Positions 49,291 through 59,422 of a stretch of DNA of 64,000 nt are shown in pieces; the stretch's first letter is position 1, and every line of letters begins with the position of its first letter. The notes beneath the pieces were generated by a model that was not told the DNA's origin, made no database searches, and worked only from the letters and a program-made list of their open reading frames with translations. Source of the DNA: an uncultured Desulfosarcina sp. (GTDB lineage: Bacteria; Desulfobacterota; Desulfobacteria; Desulfobacterales; Desulfosarcinaceae). The translations under genes were made by a program, and so were the position numbers. The stretch is taken from the NCBI GenBank assembly GCA_963674945.2, contig CAXXWQ010000003.1, positions 2,208,001-2,272,000 on the forward strand. The letters run 5' to 3'.

Positions 49291-50724
49291 ATGATTGCCA
49301 AATCCATACGTATTGCACTTGCTGCCCTATTGTTCGGTGGACTATTGAATATGCACGGTTTCCCGCCCTTGGGCCGTTTGTCAGGACTCGACACCATGGG
49401 ACCGGCGGCCGCGGCAGCCGAAGAGGCGCTAAAGGCCGGCATGGTGGATCCCAAAACCGGAAAGAAGATCAAATACTGGGTTGCGCCCATGGATCCCACA
49501 TACATTCGCAACGAACCGGGCAAGTCACCCATGGGTATGGATCTGGTACCCGTCTATGAAGAAGAAGGCGGTGAGAAGGAGCCCTCTTCCACCATTCGCA
49601 TCGATCCGGTGACCCGGCAGAACATGGGCATCCGGCTGGGAAGAGTCGAAAAAAAACACCTCGCCAAAACCATCCGCACCTTCGGAACCATCACCTACGA
49701 CGAGACGGGACTGTATTCGGTCAATACCAAATTCAACGGATGGATAGAGACACTTCACGTGGATTTTTTAGGCGAACGGGTGGAAAAGGGCCAGCCCCTG
49801 TTTGATATTTACAGCCCCGATCTGCTCACAGCCCAGCAGGAATATATCATTGCCGTTAAGCAGCAGAGCGCGAAGAAGAGAAATGATTCTGCCGAAAATG
49901 ACCGTCTGCTGACCGCCTCCCGTACCCGCCTGGCCTACTGGGACCTGACCGATGAACAGATCGCCCAATTGGAAACCTCCGGAAAAATCCAGAAAAACAT
50001 CACCATTTACTCACCGGCAAACGGTGTGGTGATCAAGAAAAGTGCCCTTAAGGGACACTACGTCAAGGCCGGCGAACATCAGTACGAGATCGCTGATCTC
50101 TCCACGGTGTGGGTGGATGTGGACGTTTACGAATACGAGCTTCCCTGGGTCCACAAAGGCATGTCTGCACAGATGGAACTGGCCTACATCCCGGGAAAGC
50201 GTTACACGGGTGAAGTTCTCTTTGTCTATCCGTATCTGGACCCAAAGACCCGGACGGCCCGGCTGCGCCTTTCCTTTCCCAATCCCGACGATCGACTCAA
50301 ACCTGGCATGTACGCCAATGTCTACCTGAAAAGCGCCCTGCCGGATAATAGGCTGGTCATACCTCAGGAAGCGGTTATCGACAGCGGGGTGAGAAAAAGG
50401 GTCTTTGTCTCCAAAGGGAAAGGTAAATTCGAGGCCCGTGAAGTAATCCTTGGGGTCGAGGGTAACGATTACATGTTCGAGGTAAAAAGCGGCCTTTCCG
50501 AGGGAGAAAGAATCGTCCTCTCCGGCCAGTTCATGCTGGATTCGGAGAGCAGGCTCAAAGAGGCCATCGAGAAAATGTTGGAAGCAAAAAGCACAGGCGA
50601 AAGCACCGGTGCCGACGATCTTACCATGGACAATATGACTATGGACGACATGGATATGCGCGATATGACCATGGATGATGCAAAACCGTTGGCAGAGCCA
50701 GCGAAGCAGGAGCCGAAGCCATGA
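49291..50724 (+). CDS. cusB: CusB-type RND periplasmic adaptor with heavy-metal-binding domain
   Basis: YWVAPMDP...PGKSPMGMDLVP, IYSPDLLTAQQEY, LKPGMY, SGQFMLDSES; Met/Asp-rich tail. Confidence 0.9.
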   Translation: MIAKSIRIALAALLFGGLLNMHGFPPLGRLSGLDTMGPAAAAAEEALKAGMVDPKTGKKIKYWVAPMDPTYIRNEPGKSPMGMDLVPVYEEEGGEKEPSSTIRIDPVTRQNMGIRLGRVEKKHLAKTIRTFGTITYDETGLYSVNTKFNGWIETLHVDFLGERVEKGQPLFDIYSPDLLTAQQEYIIAVKQQSAKKRNDSAENDRLLTASRTRLAYWDLTDEQIAQLETSGKIQKNITIYSPANGVVIKKSALKGHYVKAGEHQYEIADLSTVWVDVDVYEYELPWVHKGMSAQMELAYIPGKRYTGEVLFVYPYLDPKTRTARLRLSFPNPDDRLKPGMYANVYLKSALPDNRLVIPQEAVIDSGVRKRVFVSKGKGKFEAREVILGVEGNDYMFEVKSGLSEGERIVLSGQFMLDSESRLKEAIEKMLEAKSTGESTGADDLTMDNMTMDDMDMRDMTMDDAKPLAEPAKQEPKP

Positions 50725-53700
50725 TCGGAAAAATCATCGAGCTGTCCGTAAAGAACAAGTTCCTGGTGATCCTGGCCACCGTGTTTGTCATCGCCGCCGG
50801 AATTTATGCCATCATCCATACCCCCTTGGATGCCATTCCCGACCTGTCCGACGTTCAGGTGATTATTTTCACCGAGTACCCGGGGCAAGCCCCTCAGGTG
50901 GTGGAGGATCAGGTCACCTATCCGCTTACCACGGCCATGCTGTCGGTGCCCTTTGCCAAGGTGGTGCGGGGGTACTCTTTCTTCGGCATATCCTTCGTCT
51001 ACATCATCTTTGAAGACGGCACGGATCTATACTGGGCCCGCAGTCGGGTGTTGGAGTATCTGAATTTCGTGGCCGGCCGTCTGCCCCAGGGCGTGACTCC
51101 TTCTCTCGGCCCCGATGCAACCGGTGTCGGGTGGGTCTACGAGTATATCTTGGAGAGTGACAATCATGACCTGGCCCAGCTTCGGTCCATCCAGGACTGG
51201 TTCCTCCGCTACGAGCTGGCCAGCGTGCCGGGCGTATCCGAAGTGGCTTCCATCGGCGGTTTCGTCAAACAGTACCAGGTGGTCGTAGACCCCAACAAGC
51301 TCAGGGCCTATAACATCCCCATCCAGAAGATCCGCATGGCCATCAAGAGAAGCAATTCCGATGTGGGTGGCCGTCTGGTGGAAATGGGGGAGACCGAGTT
51401 CATGGTCCGGGGACTTGGCTATATAAAGAGCATCGAGGATCTAAACGCGATCCCTTTGGGAGTGAACGACAGGGGGATTCCCATCCTGCTGCGAAACGTG
51501 GCAACGGTAAGGTTGGGGCCTGAGTTGAGGCGGGGCATCGCCGAATACAATGGGCAGGGTGAAGTCGTCGGCGGCATTATCGTCATGCGCTATGGCGAAA
51601 ACGCCCTGAAGGTCATCAATAACGTCAAGAAACGCCTTGGGGAACTGCAATCCGGATTGCCCGAAGGGGTTCGCATCAGGGCGGTGTACGACCGGTCCGG
51701 ACTCATCTTGCGGGCCGTCGAAAACCTCAGACATACGCTGTTGGAAGAGAGCGTGATCGTGGCCATCGTCTGTATTGTGTTTCTCTTTCACTTCCGCAGC
51801 GCCCTGGTAGGGATCTTCACGCTCCCCGTGGGCGTGTTGATCAGCTTTATCATCATGCACGGCCAGGGGATCAACGCCAATATCATGAGCCTGGGGGGCA
51901 TTGCCATCGCCATCGGCGCCATGGTGGACGGTGCCATCGTCATGATCGAAAACGCACACAAACACATCGAACACGATGGCGGGAAAAAGCCCCACTGGCA
52001 GCTGATCACCGATGCCGCCAAGGAGGTGGGGCCGGCCCTGTTCTTTTCGCTTCTGATCATCGCCGTGAGTTTTATACCGGTATTCACCCTGGAGGCACAG
52101 GAGGGCCGGCTCTTCAAGCCCCTTGCCTTCACCAAGACCTACGCCATGATGGGGGCAGCCTTGCTGGCGATTACCATCGTTCCCATTCTCATGGGCTACC
52201 TGATCCGGGGAAAAATCAAGCCCGAAAGCGAAAATCCCATAAACCGTTTTCTCATCTGGGTATACCACCCCATCATCAAGGTCGTGCTCAGAAAGAAAGC
52301 CCTTGTGGTTGTAGCGGCCGTGGTCATCCTTGCCGTCACCTGGATCCCAATCAAGAATATGGGGTCCGAATTCATGCCGCCGATCAATGAAGGAGATCTG
52401 CTTTATATGCCCACCACCTTGCCGGGTATCTCCATCACCAAGGCCAAGGAGCTGTTACAGCAGACCGATCGCATCATCGCATCGTTTCCGGAAGTGGACC
52501 ACACCTTCGGCAAGATCGGCCGTGCGGAAACGGCCACCGATCCGGCACCGCTTTCCATGATCGAAACCACCATCACATTAAAACCGGAATCCCAGTGGCG
52601 GGACGGCATGACCATGGAAAAACTGGTGGATGAACTGGACAAGGCCATCCAGTTCCCCGGACTGACCAACGCCTGGACAATGCCCATCAAGACCCGCATC
52701 GATATGCTCTCCACGGGTATCAAGACACCGGTTGGGATCAAGATTATGGGAGAAGATCTTACCGTACTGAACGATATTGGTGAGGAGGTGGAAGCCATCA
52801 TCCGAAACGTGCCGGGCACCCTGAGTGTGTACGCGGAACGGGTAACCGGCGGCAATTTCCTCGACTACGAGATCCGTCGGGACGAAGCCTCCCGCTACGG
52901 GCTCACGGTGGGAGATGTTCAGGACATCATCATGACCGCAGTGGGCGGCATGAACATCACCCAGACGGTGGAAGGATTGGAGCGTTATCCCGTCAACCTG
53001 CGATATGGCAGTGAGCTGCGCGACACACCGGAAAAACTGCGACGGATTCTGGTCCCCACACCAACCGGTACCCAGGTGCCCATCGGCCAATTGGCCGATA
53101 TCCGCATCGTCAAGGGGCCGCCGGTGGTAAAAAGCGAGAACGCCCGCAACAGCGCCTATGTCTATGTAGATCTTACCGGCATCGACGTGGGGACTTACGT
53201 CAAGACGGCCCAACAAACCATCAAGGAGAAATTACGTCTGCCGCCGGGCTACAGCCTGGTGTGGAGCGGCCAGTACGAGTACATGGTCAGGGCGCAAAAA
53301 CGTTTGATGGTCGTGGTTCCCATGACCCTGCTGATCATTTTCCTGCTGCTCTATTTCAACTTCAAGAACATGTCCGAAAGTCTGCTGGTGATGCTCAGCG
53401 TGCCTTTTTCGCTGACCGGTGGTTTCTGGCTCATGTACCTGTTGGGATACAACATGAGCGTCGCCGTGGGCGTGGGGTTCATCGCCCTGGCCGGTGTGGC
53501 GGCGGAAACCGGCGTGGTCATGCTGATCTACCTCGATATTTCCTATCGAAAATTCAAGGAGAGATTTGGGGAAAGGTTCAATCGCCGCCATCTCTACGAG
53601 GCCATCGAAGAGGGAGCGGCGCTTCGGGTGCGTCCCAAGATGATGACGGTGGTCGCGATCATGGCGGGCCTTATGCCGATCATGTGGAGCCACGGGGCCG

Positions 53701-53837
53701 GATCCCAGGTGATGAAGCGCATTGCCGCCCCCATGATCGGCGGCATGGTCAGCGCCACCATTCTCACCCTGATCGTGGTGCCGGTCATTTACGCCCTGTG
53801 GAAAGGATGGGGACTGCCGGAAGGAACGGATGAGTAA
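50721..53837 (+). CDS. cusA: CusA/SilA-type Cu(I)/Ag(I) RND permease
   Basis: DAIPDLSDVQVII, YWARSRVLEYL, GPDATGVGW; Met-triad equivalents LLYMP, PLSMIET, RIDMLSTG; RVRPKMMT. Confidence 0.95.
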   Translation: MIGKIIELSVKNKFLVILATVFVIAAGIYAIIHTPLDAIPDLSDVQVIIFTEYPGQAPQVVEDQVTYPLTTAMLSVPFAKVVRGYSFFGISFVYIIFEDGTDLYWARSRVLEYLNFVAGRLPQGVTPSLGPDATGVGWVYEYILESDNHDLAQLRSIQDWFLRYELASVPGVSEVASIGGFVKQYQVVVDPNKLRAYNIPIQKIRMAIKRSNSDVGGRLVEMGETEFMVRGLGYIKSIEDLNAIPLGVNDRGIPILLRNVATVRLGPELRRGIAEYNGQGEVVGGIIVMRYGENALKVINNVKKRLGELQSGLPEGVRIRAVYDRSGLILRAVENLRHTLLEESVIVAIVCIVFLFHFRSALVGIFTLPVGVLISFIIMHGQGINANIMSLGGIAIAIGAMVDGAIVMIENAHKHIEHDGGKKPHWQLITDAAKEVGPALFFSLLIIAVSFIPVFTLEAQEGRLFKPLAFTKTYAMMGAALLAITIVPILMGYLIRGKIKPESENPINRFLIWVYHPIIKVVLRKKALVVVAAVVILAVTWIPIKNMGSEFMPPINEGDLLYMPTTLPGISITKAKELLQQTDRIIASFPEVDHTFGKIGRAETATDPAPLSMIETTITLKPESQWRDGMTMEKLVDELDKAIQFPGLTNAWTMPIKTRIDMLSTGIKTPVGIKIMGEDLTVLNDIGEEVEAIIRNVPGTLSVYAERVTGGNFLDYEIRRDEASRYGLTVGDVQDIIMTAVGGMNITQTVEGLERYPVNLRYGSELRDTPEKLRRILVPTPTGTQVPIGQLADIRIVKGPPVVKSENARNSAYVYVDLTGIDVGTYVKTAQQTIKEKLRLPPGYSLVWSGQYEYMVRAQKRLMVVVPMTLLIIFLLLYFNFKNMSESLLVMLSVPFSLTGGFWLMYLLGYNMSVAVGVGFIALAGVAAETGVVMLIYLDISYRKFKERFGERFNRRHLYEAIEEGAALRVRPKMMTVVAIMAGLMPIMWSHGAGSQVMKRIAAPMIGGMVSATILTLIVVPVIYALWKGWGLPEGTDE

Positions 53838-53911
53838 AAAACAATCGGAATGTTCATTCATAAAACGCCGCCCAAATAGCGGTACGCTTTACATCCTAGG
53901 AGGGAAAAACC

Positions 53912-54424
53912 ATGAAGAGACAAATCATTTTCATCATAGCGGCTATTTTCATCCTGACAGCGACGTCGGCCATCGCCATGCAGGAACATGGCAGCCATGG
54001 AACGGCAGGACAACAAGACATGAAATCCGGTGGGCAGATGGATCACGCCGCCCATGGCAAGGAGATGGATCATTCAAAAATGGGCGGAACCTTTAAATAC
54101 GCAGCTACCCAGGGTGGTATCGACGCGGAGTTCCAGGTGATGAGTCTTGCCAGTATGAACATGAAGTCAGATAACGGGGATACCCATCATATTATGGTCA
54201 ACCTGAAAGAGGCCGACGGGGGAGCCCCCATAAAGGAAGCCATCGGCAAGATCAAGGTGATCGCCCCGGACGAATCCGAACAGATCAGTCCCCTGAAGAA
54301 CTACAACGGAATCCTTGCGGCCAACTTCACGTTCAAGGAACCGGGCAAGTATGGGGTGATCTGTCTGTTGAAAAACAAGGACAAGAAGGAAGTATTCAAG
54401 TTCTGGTATCACCACATGCAATAA
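53912..54424 (+). CDS. Exported His/Met-rich protein, putative metal chaperone
   Basis: Signal peptide then MQEHGSHG...MDHAAHGKEMDHSKM; THHIMV; C-terminal beta-rich domain. Confidence 0.75.
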   Translation: MKRQIIFIIAAIFILTATSAIAMQEHGSHGTAGQQDMKSGGQMDHAAHGKEMDHSKMGGTFKYAATQGGIDAEFQVMSLASMNMKSDNGDTHHIMVNLKEADGGAPIKEAIGKIKVIAPDESEQISPLKNYNGILAANFTFKEPGKYGVICLLKNKDKKEVFKFWYHHMQ

Positions 54425-54434
54425 AGAGATCCCC

Positions 54435-55004
54435 ATGCATCTCGGCAAGGTAAAAACAGGCGTCATCATCTTATTGCTGGCGGCGGTGGCGGTGATTCAC
54501 CATCTGCCCATCCATGGTTTCCTGGGAAAGCACATCCTTCACCGGGAGCTGTTTTTCTTTCCCATCGTGTTGGCCGGTCTCTGGTTCGGGCTCAGGGCCT
54601 GTCTTCTCACCGCTGTCGCCGCGAGCATCCTCTACGCACAGTTTTTTTATCATAACGCAGATGCCGGAACCGTGACCATCCCTGTCTTAATGCTTCAGGT
54701 GACCGGATTTTATCTCATGGCGCTGCTCACCGGTGCCATGGTGGACTTGCAGCGACGCCAGCGTCGGGAACGTGATTTTCTCAGCGAGACCTTTGGTAGA
54801 TATGTTTCCAAGGAAGTTCGCGACGAAATTCTGGCCGGTCGCATCTCCTTGAAAGGGGAGATAAAGGATGTGACGGTCTTGTTTGCAGACCTGCGGGATT
54901 TTACAAGGCTCGCCGAAACCATACCGCCGCGTGAGGTTGTGATGATCATCAATACATACTTCGAAGCAATGTCCGAGGCGATAACGGCACACAACGGACT
55001 GGTT
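54435..55004 (+). pseudogene. Membrane-bound class III adenylate/guanylate cyclase, 3' truncated
   Basis: TM region, TFGRYVS, VTVLFADLRDFT, NTYFEAM...HNGLV; similarity stops before the expected GD motif and the frame runs into the antisense strand of hslO. Confidence 0.8.
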
Positions 55005-55008
55005 CGGA

Positions 55009-55938
55009 TTAGTCCGAAAAACGGTTTGCCAGAATCAGATCGATTTGATGCTGATCGAAGGCATATTCGGAGTTGCAGTGGTGGCACCGGATCTTTACGG
55101 GAAAAGGGCCTTTTTCCTGGATATCCTTTAATTCGTCTAAGGGAAGCATGGTCAGTACGTTGCGGATATACTCCCGGTCACAGTGGCAGGAGAAGGCAAC
55201 CTTGCGCCGATCCATGAATTTCGGTCCATAGCCGTTGAAGTACTGGTGAATCAACATGCGCGGGGTGTTCCCTTCGGCAAGAAACCCACCGATGGAGGGA
55301 AGGGTGACGATACGCTGCTCGAGTCCGTCGATAACCGTTTCGTCCGCATCGGGCATGGCCTGGAGAAACAGGCCGCCGGCGGCGCGCATACGGCCCTGTC
55401 GATCGAATTGAACGCTGAGGCCAAAGGATGTGGGGATCTGCTCGGAAGTAAGATAGTAGTGGGCCAGATCCTTTGCCAGGGTGCCGTTTTCCATCATTAC
55501 CTGTCCGGTAAAGGGTCTTTTCGAACCGGTGAGGAAGCGGGTTACCGACAGGAATCCGGCACCGAAAAATGGAGAAAGGTTGAAATCTTCAAGTGGTTCG
55601 TCCACGGGAATGGGCACGTTCTTCAAAAAGCCGCGCACCTCTCCGGCGGCATTGGCCTCGACCGAAAAACCCTTGATGGGGCCGGAGCAATCCACCTTCA
55701 AGGACAACCTGTCCTTACCTTTGAGACCGGCACTCATCAGGCAGGCACCGAGATACGCCTGGCCCAGCACCAGGGTCTCGAGGATTCCCAACTCGTGATT
55801 CGACCGCATCTGGTTGACCATGAGACTGCCATCGACAATTGCCCCACGGATGGTGCCCCCTGCCATCATGAAGCCGTGCAGTGCATCTTCCTCTGCATGG
55901 GACGGAACATAGCCGTCTGCGGGTTGTTTGATCTCCAT
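55009..55938 (-). CDS. hslO: Hsp33 redox-regulated chaperone
   Basis: YYLTSEQIPT, AAGGLFLQAMP, zinc motif CHC...CHHC. Confidence 0.92.
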   Translation of the reverse strand: MEIKQPADGYVPSHAEEDALHGFMMAGGTIRGAIVDGSLMVNQMRSNHELGILETLVLGQAYLGACLMSAGLKGKDRLSLKVDCSGPIKGFSVEANAAGEVRGFLKNVPIPVDEPLEDFNLSPFFGAGFLSVTRFLTGSKRPFTGQVMMENGTLAKDLAHYYLTSEQIPTSFGLSVQFDRQGRMRAAGGLFLQAMPDADETVIDGLEQRIVTLPSIGGFLAEGNTPRMLIHQYFNGYGPKFMDRRKVAFSCHCDREYIRNVLTMLPLDELKDIQEKGPFPVKIRCHHCNSEYAFDQHQIDLILANRFSD

Positions 55939-56352
55939 CTATTTCAATCTCAATTTTTCTTGCACGCGATCAATTCGATCCTGGATCTGCCTGACGTCTG
56001 TCATCTTGTTCAAATGGGTGAGCAGGCCCGACGCTTCGGCCGGGGATTCCCCGCGGCTGTCCAAAAACAGCCGATACCAGTAGGGAATTCTTTCATTGTA
56101 ACAGGTCGTGAGATCCATGGCGAACCGGCGTGCTTTTTTGATGGAAGCATCTTCCCCCGATTTCCATTGCACCCTGCCCCGTCCATCGCCAAGAACCTCC
56201 AGCAGGATACCGCATTGGGAAAGCGCACGGCCGATTTTACGCTTGGTGATATTGTATTGAACCATGGGTTTGATCCAGAGCCTGGCGATAATGTATCCCG
56301 TCAATCCGGCGATGAAGCTGGCGCCGGCGGCGATGAGCAGTGATGAATCCAT
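55939..56352 (-). CDS. Hypothetical protein with N-terminal TM
   Basis: 137-aa ORF packed between hslO and the acyl-CoA ligase on the same strand; AGGAAGG RBS. Confidence 0.7.
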   Translation of the reverse strand: MDSSLLIAAGASFIAGLTGYIIARLWIKPMVQYNITKRKIGRALSQCGILLEVLGDGRGRVQWKSGEDASIKKARRFAMDLTTCYNERIPYWYRLFLDSRGESPAEASGLLTHLNKMTDVRQIQDRIDRVQEKLRLK

Positions 56353-56361
56353 CTTCCTTCC

Positions 56362-58560
56362 TTACCGACCCGAACACTTTGTAAGATAGCCCTGGTATTC
56401 GACCATATGGGCCAAGGCCTTTATCGCCTGTTCCGGTGTGTCGTAGAAAAGCGCCTTTCGTTCATGCCCATCGACGCGATATACAGTGGCGTCCTTCTCC
56501 TCGGTGACCACACTGACGCCAAGGATTGGCTTGTCGTATTGTTCCATCAGATGAATGACGCTGGAAATATAGGTTTGTTCAAAGTTCGCCATCTCCTTGA
56601 TCCTGGCATCGAGAATATCCCGGGTGTACAGGGGATCGGCACCGGCCAGCGACTTTGCCAGCCTTCGCACCAACACCCTGCGCCCGAAAATCCCGAGATT
56701 GATCACCGCGTCACAACCTTCCCACGCCAACAGTCTTTCCATGACGGGCAATGGAATGGAAAGGTCGTTTTCGCCGACGATATCTACTGGGTTGGCACGG
56801 CTCCAAAAGGGTGGAAGGATCCGGTCGATGCTTTCGACGATCGCGGGGGGGAGTTGTGGCACGTCGAGACCGAACTGACTGCACAGATCGGCGGTAACCA
56901 CGCCCCAGCCCCCACCAAGGGTCATGATGGCGACACGGTTGCCCCGGGGAAAGGGAAGGGCAGAGAAAGCTGCCGCCAGGTCTAACAACTCCATGGGTTG
57001 GTCCACCTTGATGATCCCCGCCTGGCGGCAGGCCGCATCGAAGATTCGTTTGTCAGAGGCCATGGCGCCGGTGTGACTGGCAGCCGCCCGGTAGCCCGCT
57101 CGGGTCTGGCCGCCCTTGAGCAGAACGATGGGTTTTTTCCGGCTCACCCGGCTGGCGCTTTCGAAGAAACGGCGGCCTTGCCGGACATTTTCCAGGTAGA
57201 TCAGCACTGTCCGTGTCGTGTCGTCGACCTCGAATCCCTCCAGGAAATCCTCCACGGCGATCATGGCCTCGTTTCCGGAACCGCAAAAGCCGCGAATGCC
57301 GATTCCCTGGGCCTCTGCAAAGGCGAGCAGTTGCATGCCCATGTTACCGGACTGTGCCACCATGGCCGTGGAACCAGGCAGGGGCCGGACCGCCACGCCC
57401 GTGCAATAAAAGGAAATATGGGGATTGTTGATGCCCATGGTGTTGGGGCCAATCATGGTGATTCCCGCTTCCCGAAGCTGCGCCACCAGTTCCTGCTCAA
57501 GACGTTTGCCTGCCGTCCCGGTCTCACCGAATCCGGAGGTAACCAGCAACATGTACCGGATACCCTTGGCCTTGAGCTGGGGGATCAGCTCCAAAATATA
57601 TTTCGCCGGTATGGTCACCACGGCAAGGTCCACATCGTCGGGAATGTCGGCAACCGTTTTACATGCGGGTTGGCCGGCGATGGTCCCGCCATTTGGATTG
57701 ACGGCGAATATTTTTCCCCGGTAACCGCCACTGATGGTGTTGCAGATGAGCATGTTTCCCCATTTTCCAATGGTGGCGGAAGCGCCCACGAAAGCCAGGG
57801 ACCGGGGATAGAAGAGGCTGGCGATGGCTTCGGGCGGCACGGGGTGACGGTCCGTCTCCTCGCGTTGGGGATGGGCCAGCGTGACCAGGGCGTCCACCGC
57901 CAGGATCTCGCCCGTTTTTGTGGCGATGAGGGGATTGATGTCGACTTCGGCGATCTCGGGTATCGCGGTGGCCATGGCCGACAGCCCCAGCAGGGTCTTT
58001 TCGATTAATGCCATGTCCACCTCATCCTCGCCACGAAAGGGGCCGAGGAGTGATCGGGAACGGATCTGTTGAATCATCTCCCCTACATCCGCGGTATCGA
58101 TGGGTGCCAGTCGAAAGGCGATATCGGACAGGGCTTCGGTAAGGACGCCGCCCACGCCGAAGGAGATCGCCGGGCCGAAGTGGGGATCGCGAAAAAGGCC
58201 CGCCATGAATTCGCGGCTGCCGCGGATGTAAGGTTGAATAAGGAACCTGGCACCCGGGGCGCACTCCTTGATTTTTTCCACGGCGGATACCAGGGTGGCA
58301 TCGTCCGACAGACCGAGATGAACCAGTCCTTTTTCCGTCTTGTGGTGCAAGCCTTCGGCGATACCCTTCAAGACGATGGGGTATCCATAGCCCACGGCGG
58401 CATCCAGGGCCTCGGTGGTCGTATCGGCCATGGTTTCCGGCACCGTGGGAATGCCGTAATGGCTCAATAGGATTTTGGATTCGGCCTCGTCCAGGGATCG
58501 CCGCCCCGCGTCCAATGCTTTTTTTACCTCTTGAGAGAGATCCAATTCATTTCTCCACAT
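56362..58560 (-). CDS. ADP-forming acetate/acyl-CoA ligase, fused beta(ATP-grasp)-alpha
   Basis: HKTEKG, RDPHFGP, EVDINPL; then FYPRSLAFVGAS, IGPNTMG, AQSGN, AASHTG (phospho-His), NPVD. Confidence 0.9.
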   Translation of the reverse strand: MWRNELDLSQEVKKALDAGRRSLDEAESKILLSHYGIPTVPETMADTTTEALDAAVGYGYPIVLKGIAEGLHHKTEKGLVHLGLSDDATLVSAVEKIKECAPGARFLIQPYIRGSREFMAGLFRDPHFGPAISFGVGGVLTEALSDIAFRLAPIDTADVGEMIQQIRSRSLLGPFRGEDEVDMALIEKTLLGLSAMATAIPEIAEVDINPLIATKTGEILAVDALVTLAHPQREETDRHPVPPEAIASLFYPRSLAFVGASATIGKWGNMLICNTISGGYRGKIFAVNPNGGTIAGQPACKTVADIPDDVDLAVVTIPAKYILELIPQLKAKGIRYMLLVTSGFGETGTAGKRLEQELVAQLREAGITMIGPNTMGINNPHISFYCTGVAVRPLPGSTAMVAQSGNMGMQLLAFAEAQGIGIRGFCGSGNEAMIAVEDFLEGFEVDDTTRTVLIYLENVRQGRRFFESASRVSRKKPIVLLKGGQTRAGYRAAASHTGAMASDKRIFDAACRQAGIIKVDQPMELLDLAAAFSALPFPRGNRVAIMTLGGGWGVVTADLCSQFGLDVPQLPPAIVESIDRILPPFWSRANPVDIVGENDLSIPLPVMERLLAWEGCDAVINLGIFGRRVLVRRLAKSLAGADPLYTRDILDARIKEMANFEQTYISSVIHLMEQYDKPILGVSVVTEEKDATVYRVDGHERKALFYDTPEQAIKALAHMVEYQGYLTKCSGR

Positions 58561-58777
58561 GCGTGCTTATCTATGTAAATAGCCAATTCACCTGAGTTGG
58601 CAGGGTCAGGTATCGGCGACTTCGAATTCGATAACCTACCAGATCACGAAGGGAAATTAAAACTGAAAATGGGTGCCACCTTTATTTTCATCTTCTACGA
58701 CTTACTTTACGACCCATACCAACTATGGTATATATTTCAATTTTATTTTACCGTAATTGCTGGGAAGTTATACCACA

Positions 58778-59290
58778 ATGACACGGATTGGACTGGGATA
58801 CGACATTCATCGGCTGGTGCCAGGCCGAAAACTGGTACTCGGAGGGATTACCATACCCTTCGAAAAGGGACTGCTGGGACACTCGGACGCAGATGTACTG
58901 GTCCATGCCGCCTGTGACGCCTTGCTCGGCGCCGTGGGAATGGGGGATATCGGCGAACATTTTCCAGACACCGATCCGATTTACAAGGATGCCTGTAGCA
59001 TCGATTTTCTGATGAAGGTGTACAGAGACGTCAAAATGGCGGGATATGCCCTGGTCAACATGGATGCCACGATCTTTGCACAGGCCCCGAAGCTTTCCCG
59101 TCACAAGTCCAAAATGGCCGAGAGAATGGCCGAGAGCATCTCGGTCTCTTCGCGTCTTATCAATATCAAGGCCACGACGACCGAAAGGTTGGGCACCATC
59201 GGAACCGGTGAGGCCATGGCCGCCATGTGTGTGGTGTTGCTTCAGTCCAGGACCACCCGCAAAGCGGGTGACTCGTTTAATCGGCCATAG
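58778..59290 (+). CDS. ispF: 2-C-methyl-D-erythritol 2,4-cyclodiphosphate synthase
   Basis: RIGLGYDIHRL, GHSDADVLVHA, GDIGEHFPD, NIKATTTERLG. Confidence 0.96.
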   Translation: MTRIGLGYDIHRLVPGRKLVLGGITIPFEKGLLGHSDADVLVHAACDALLGAVGMGDIGEHFPDTDPIYKDACSIDFLMKVYRDVKMAGYALVNMDATIFAQAPKLSRHKSKMAERMAESISVSSRLINIKATTTERLGTIGTGEAMAAMCVVLLQSRTTRKAGDSFNRP

Positions 59291-59336
59291 GCCGGATATC
59301 CAAAGGCGCGCCAGTGCTGAATCGTTCAGGTTGGTT

Positions 59337-59358
59337 CCGGGTGCAAGTCACCCGGTTT
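59337..59358 (+). terminator. Possible hairpin terminator between ispF and cysS
   Basis: CCGGGTG-caagt-CACCCGG followed by only three T. Confidence 0.3.
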
Positions 59359-59422
59359 GAATACAACGAATCCACCGGGTCAACAATTGGCCGATAACGC
59401 ATCCGCAAGAGGTTTCGCATCA

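Noticed and set aside
55005..55217. C-terminal extension of the cyclase ORF as real coding sequence
   Set aside because: It is the antisense strand of hslO and has no cyclase motifs.
56362..58560. Beta-alpha domain order of the acyl-CoA ligase as a novelty
   Set aside because: Domain-shuffled fusions are well known in the NDP-forming acyl-CoA synthetase superfamily.
58597..58917. 106-aa ORF and short dyads in the divergent promoter region
   Set aside because: The ORF overlaps ispF out of frame; the dyads (e.g. ATACCA-N4-TGGTAT at 58716) are too short to assign.
59291..59422. T-box leader before cysS
   Set aside because: No T-box consensus and the spacer is too short; only a simple hairpin is present.
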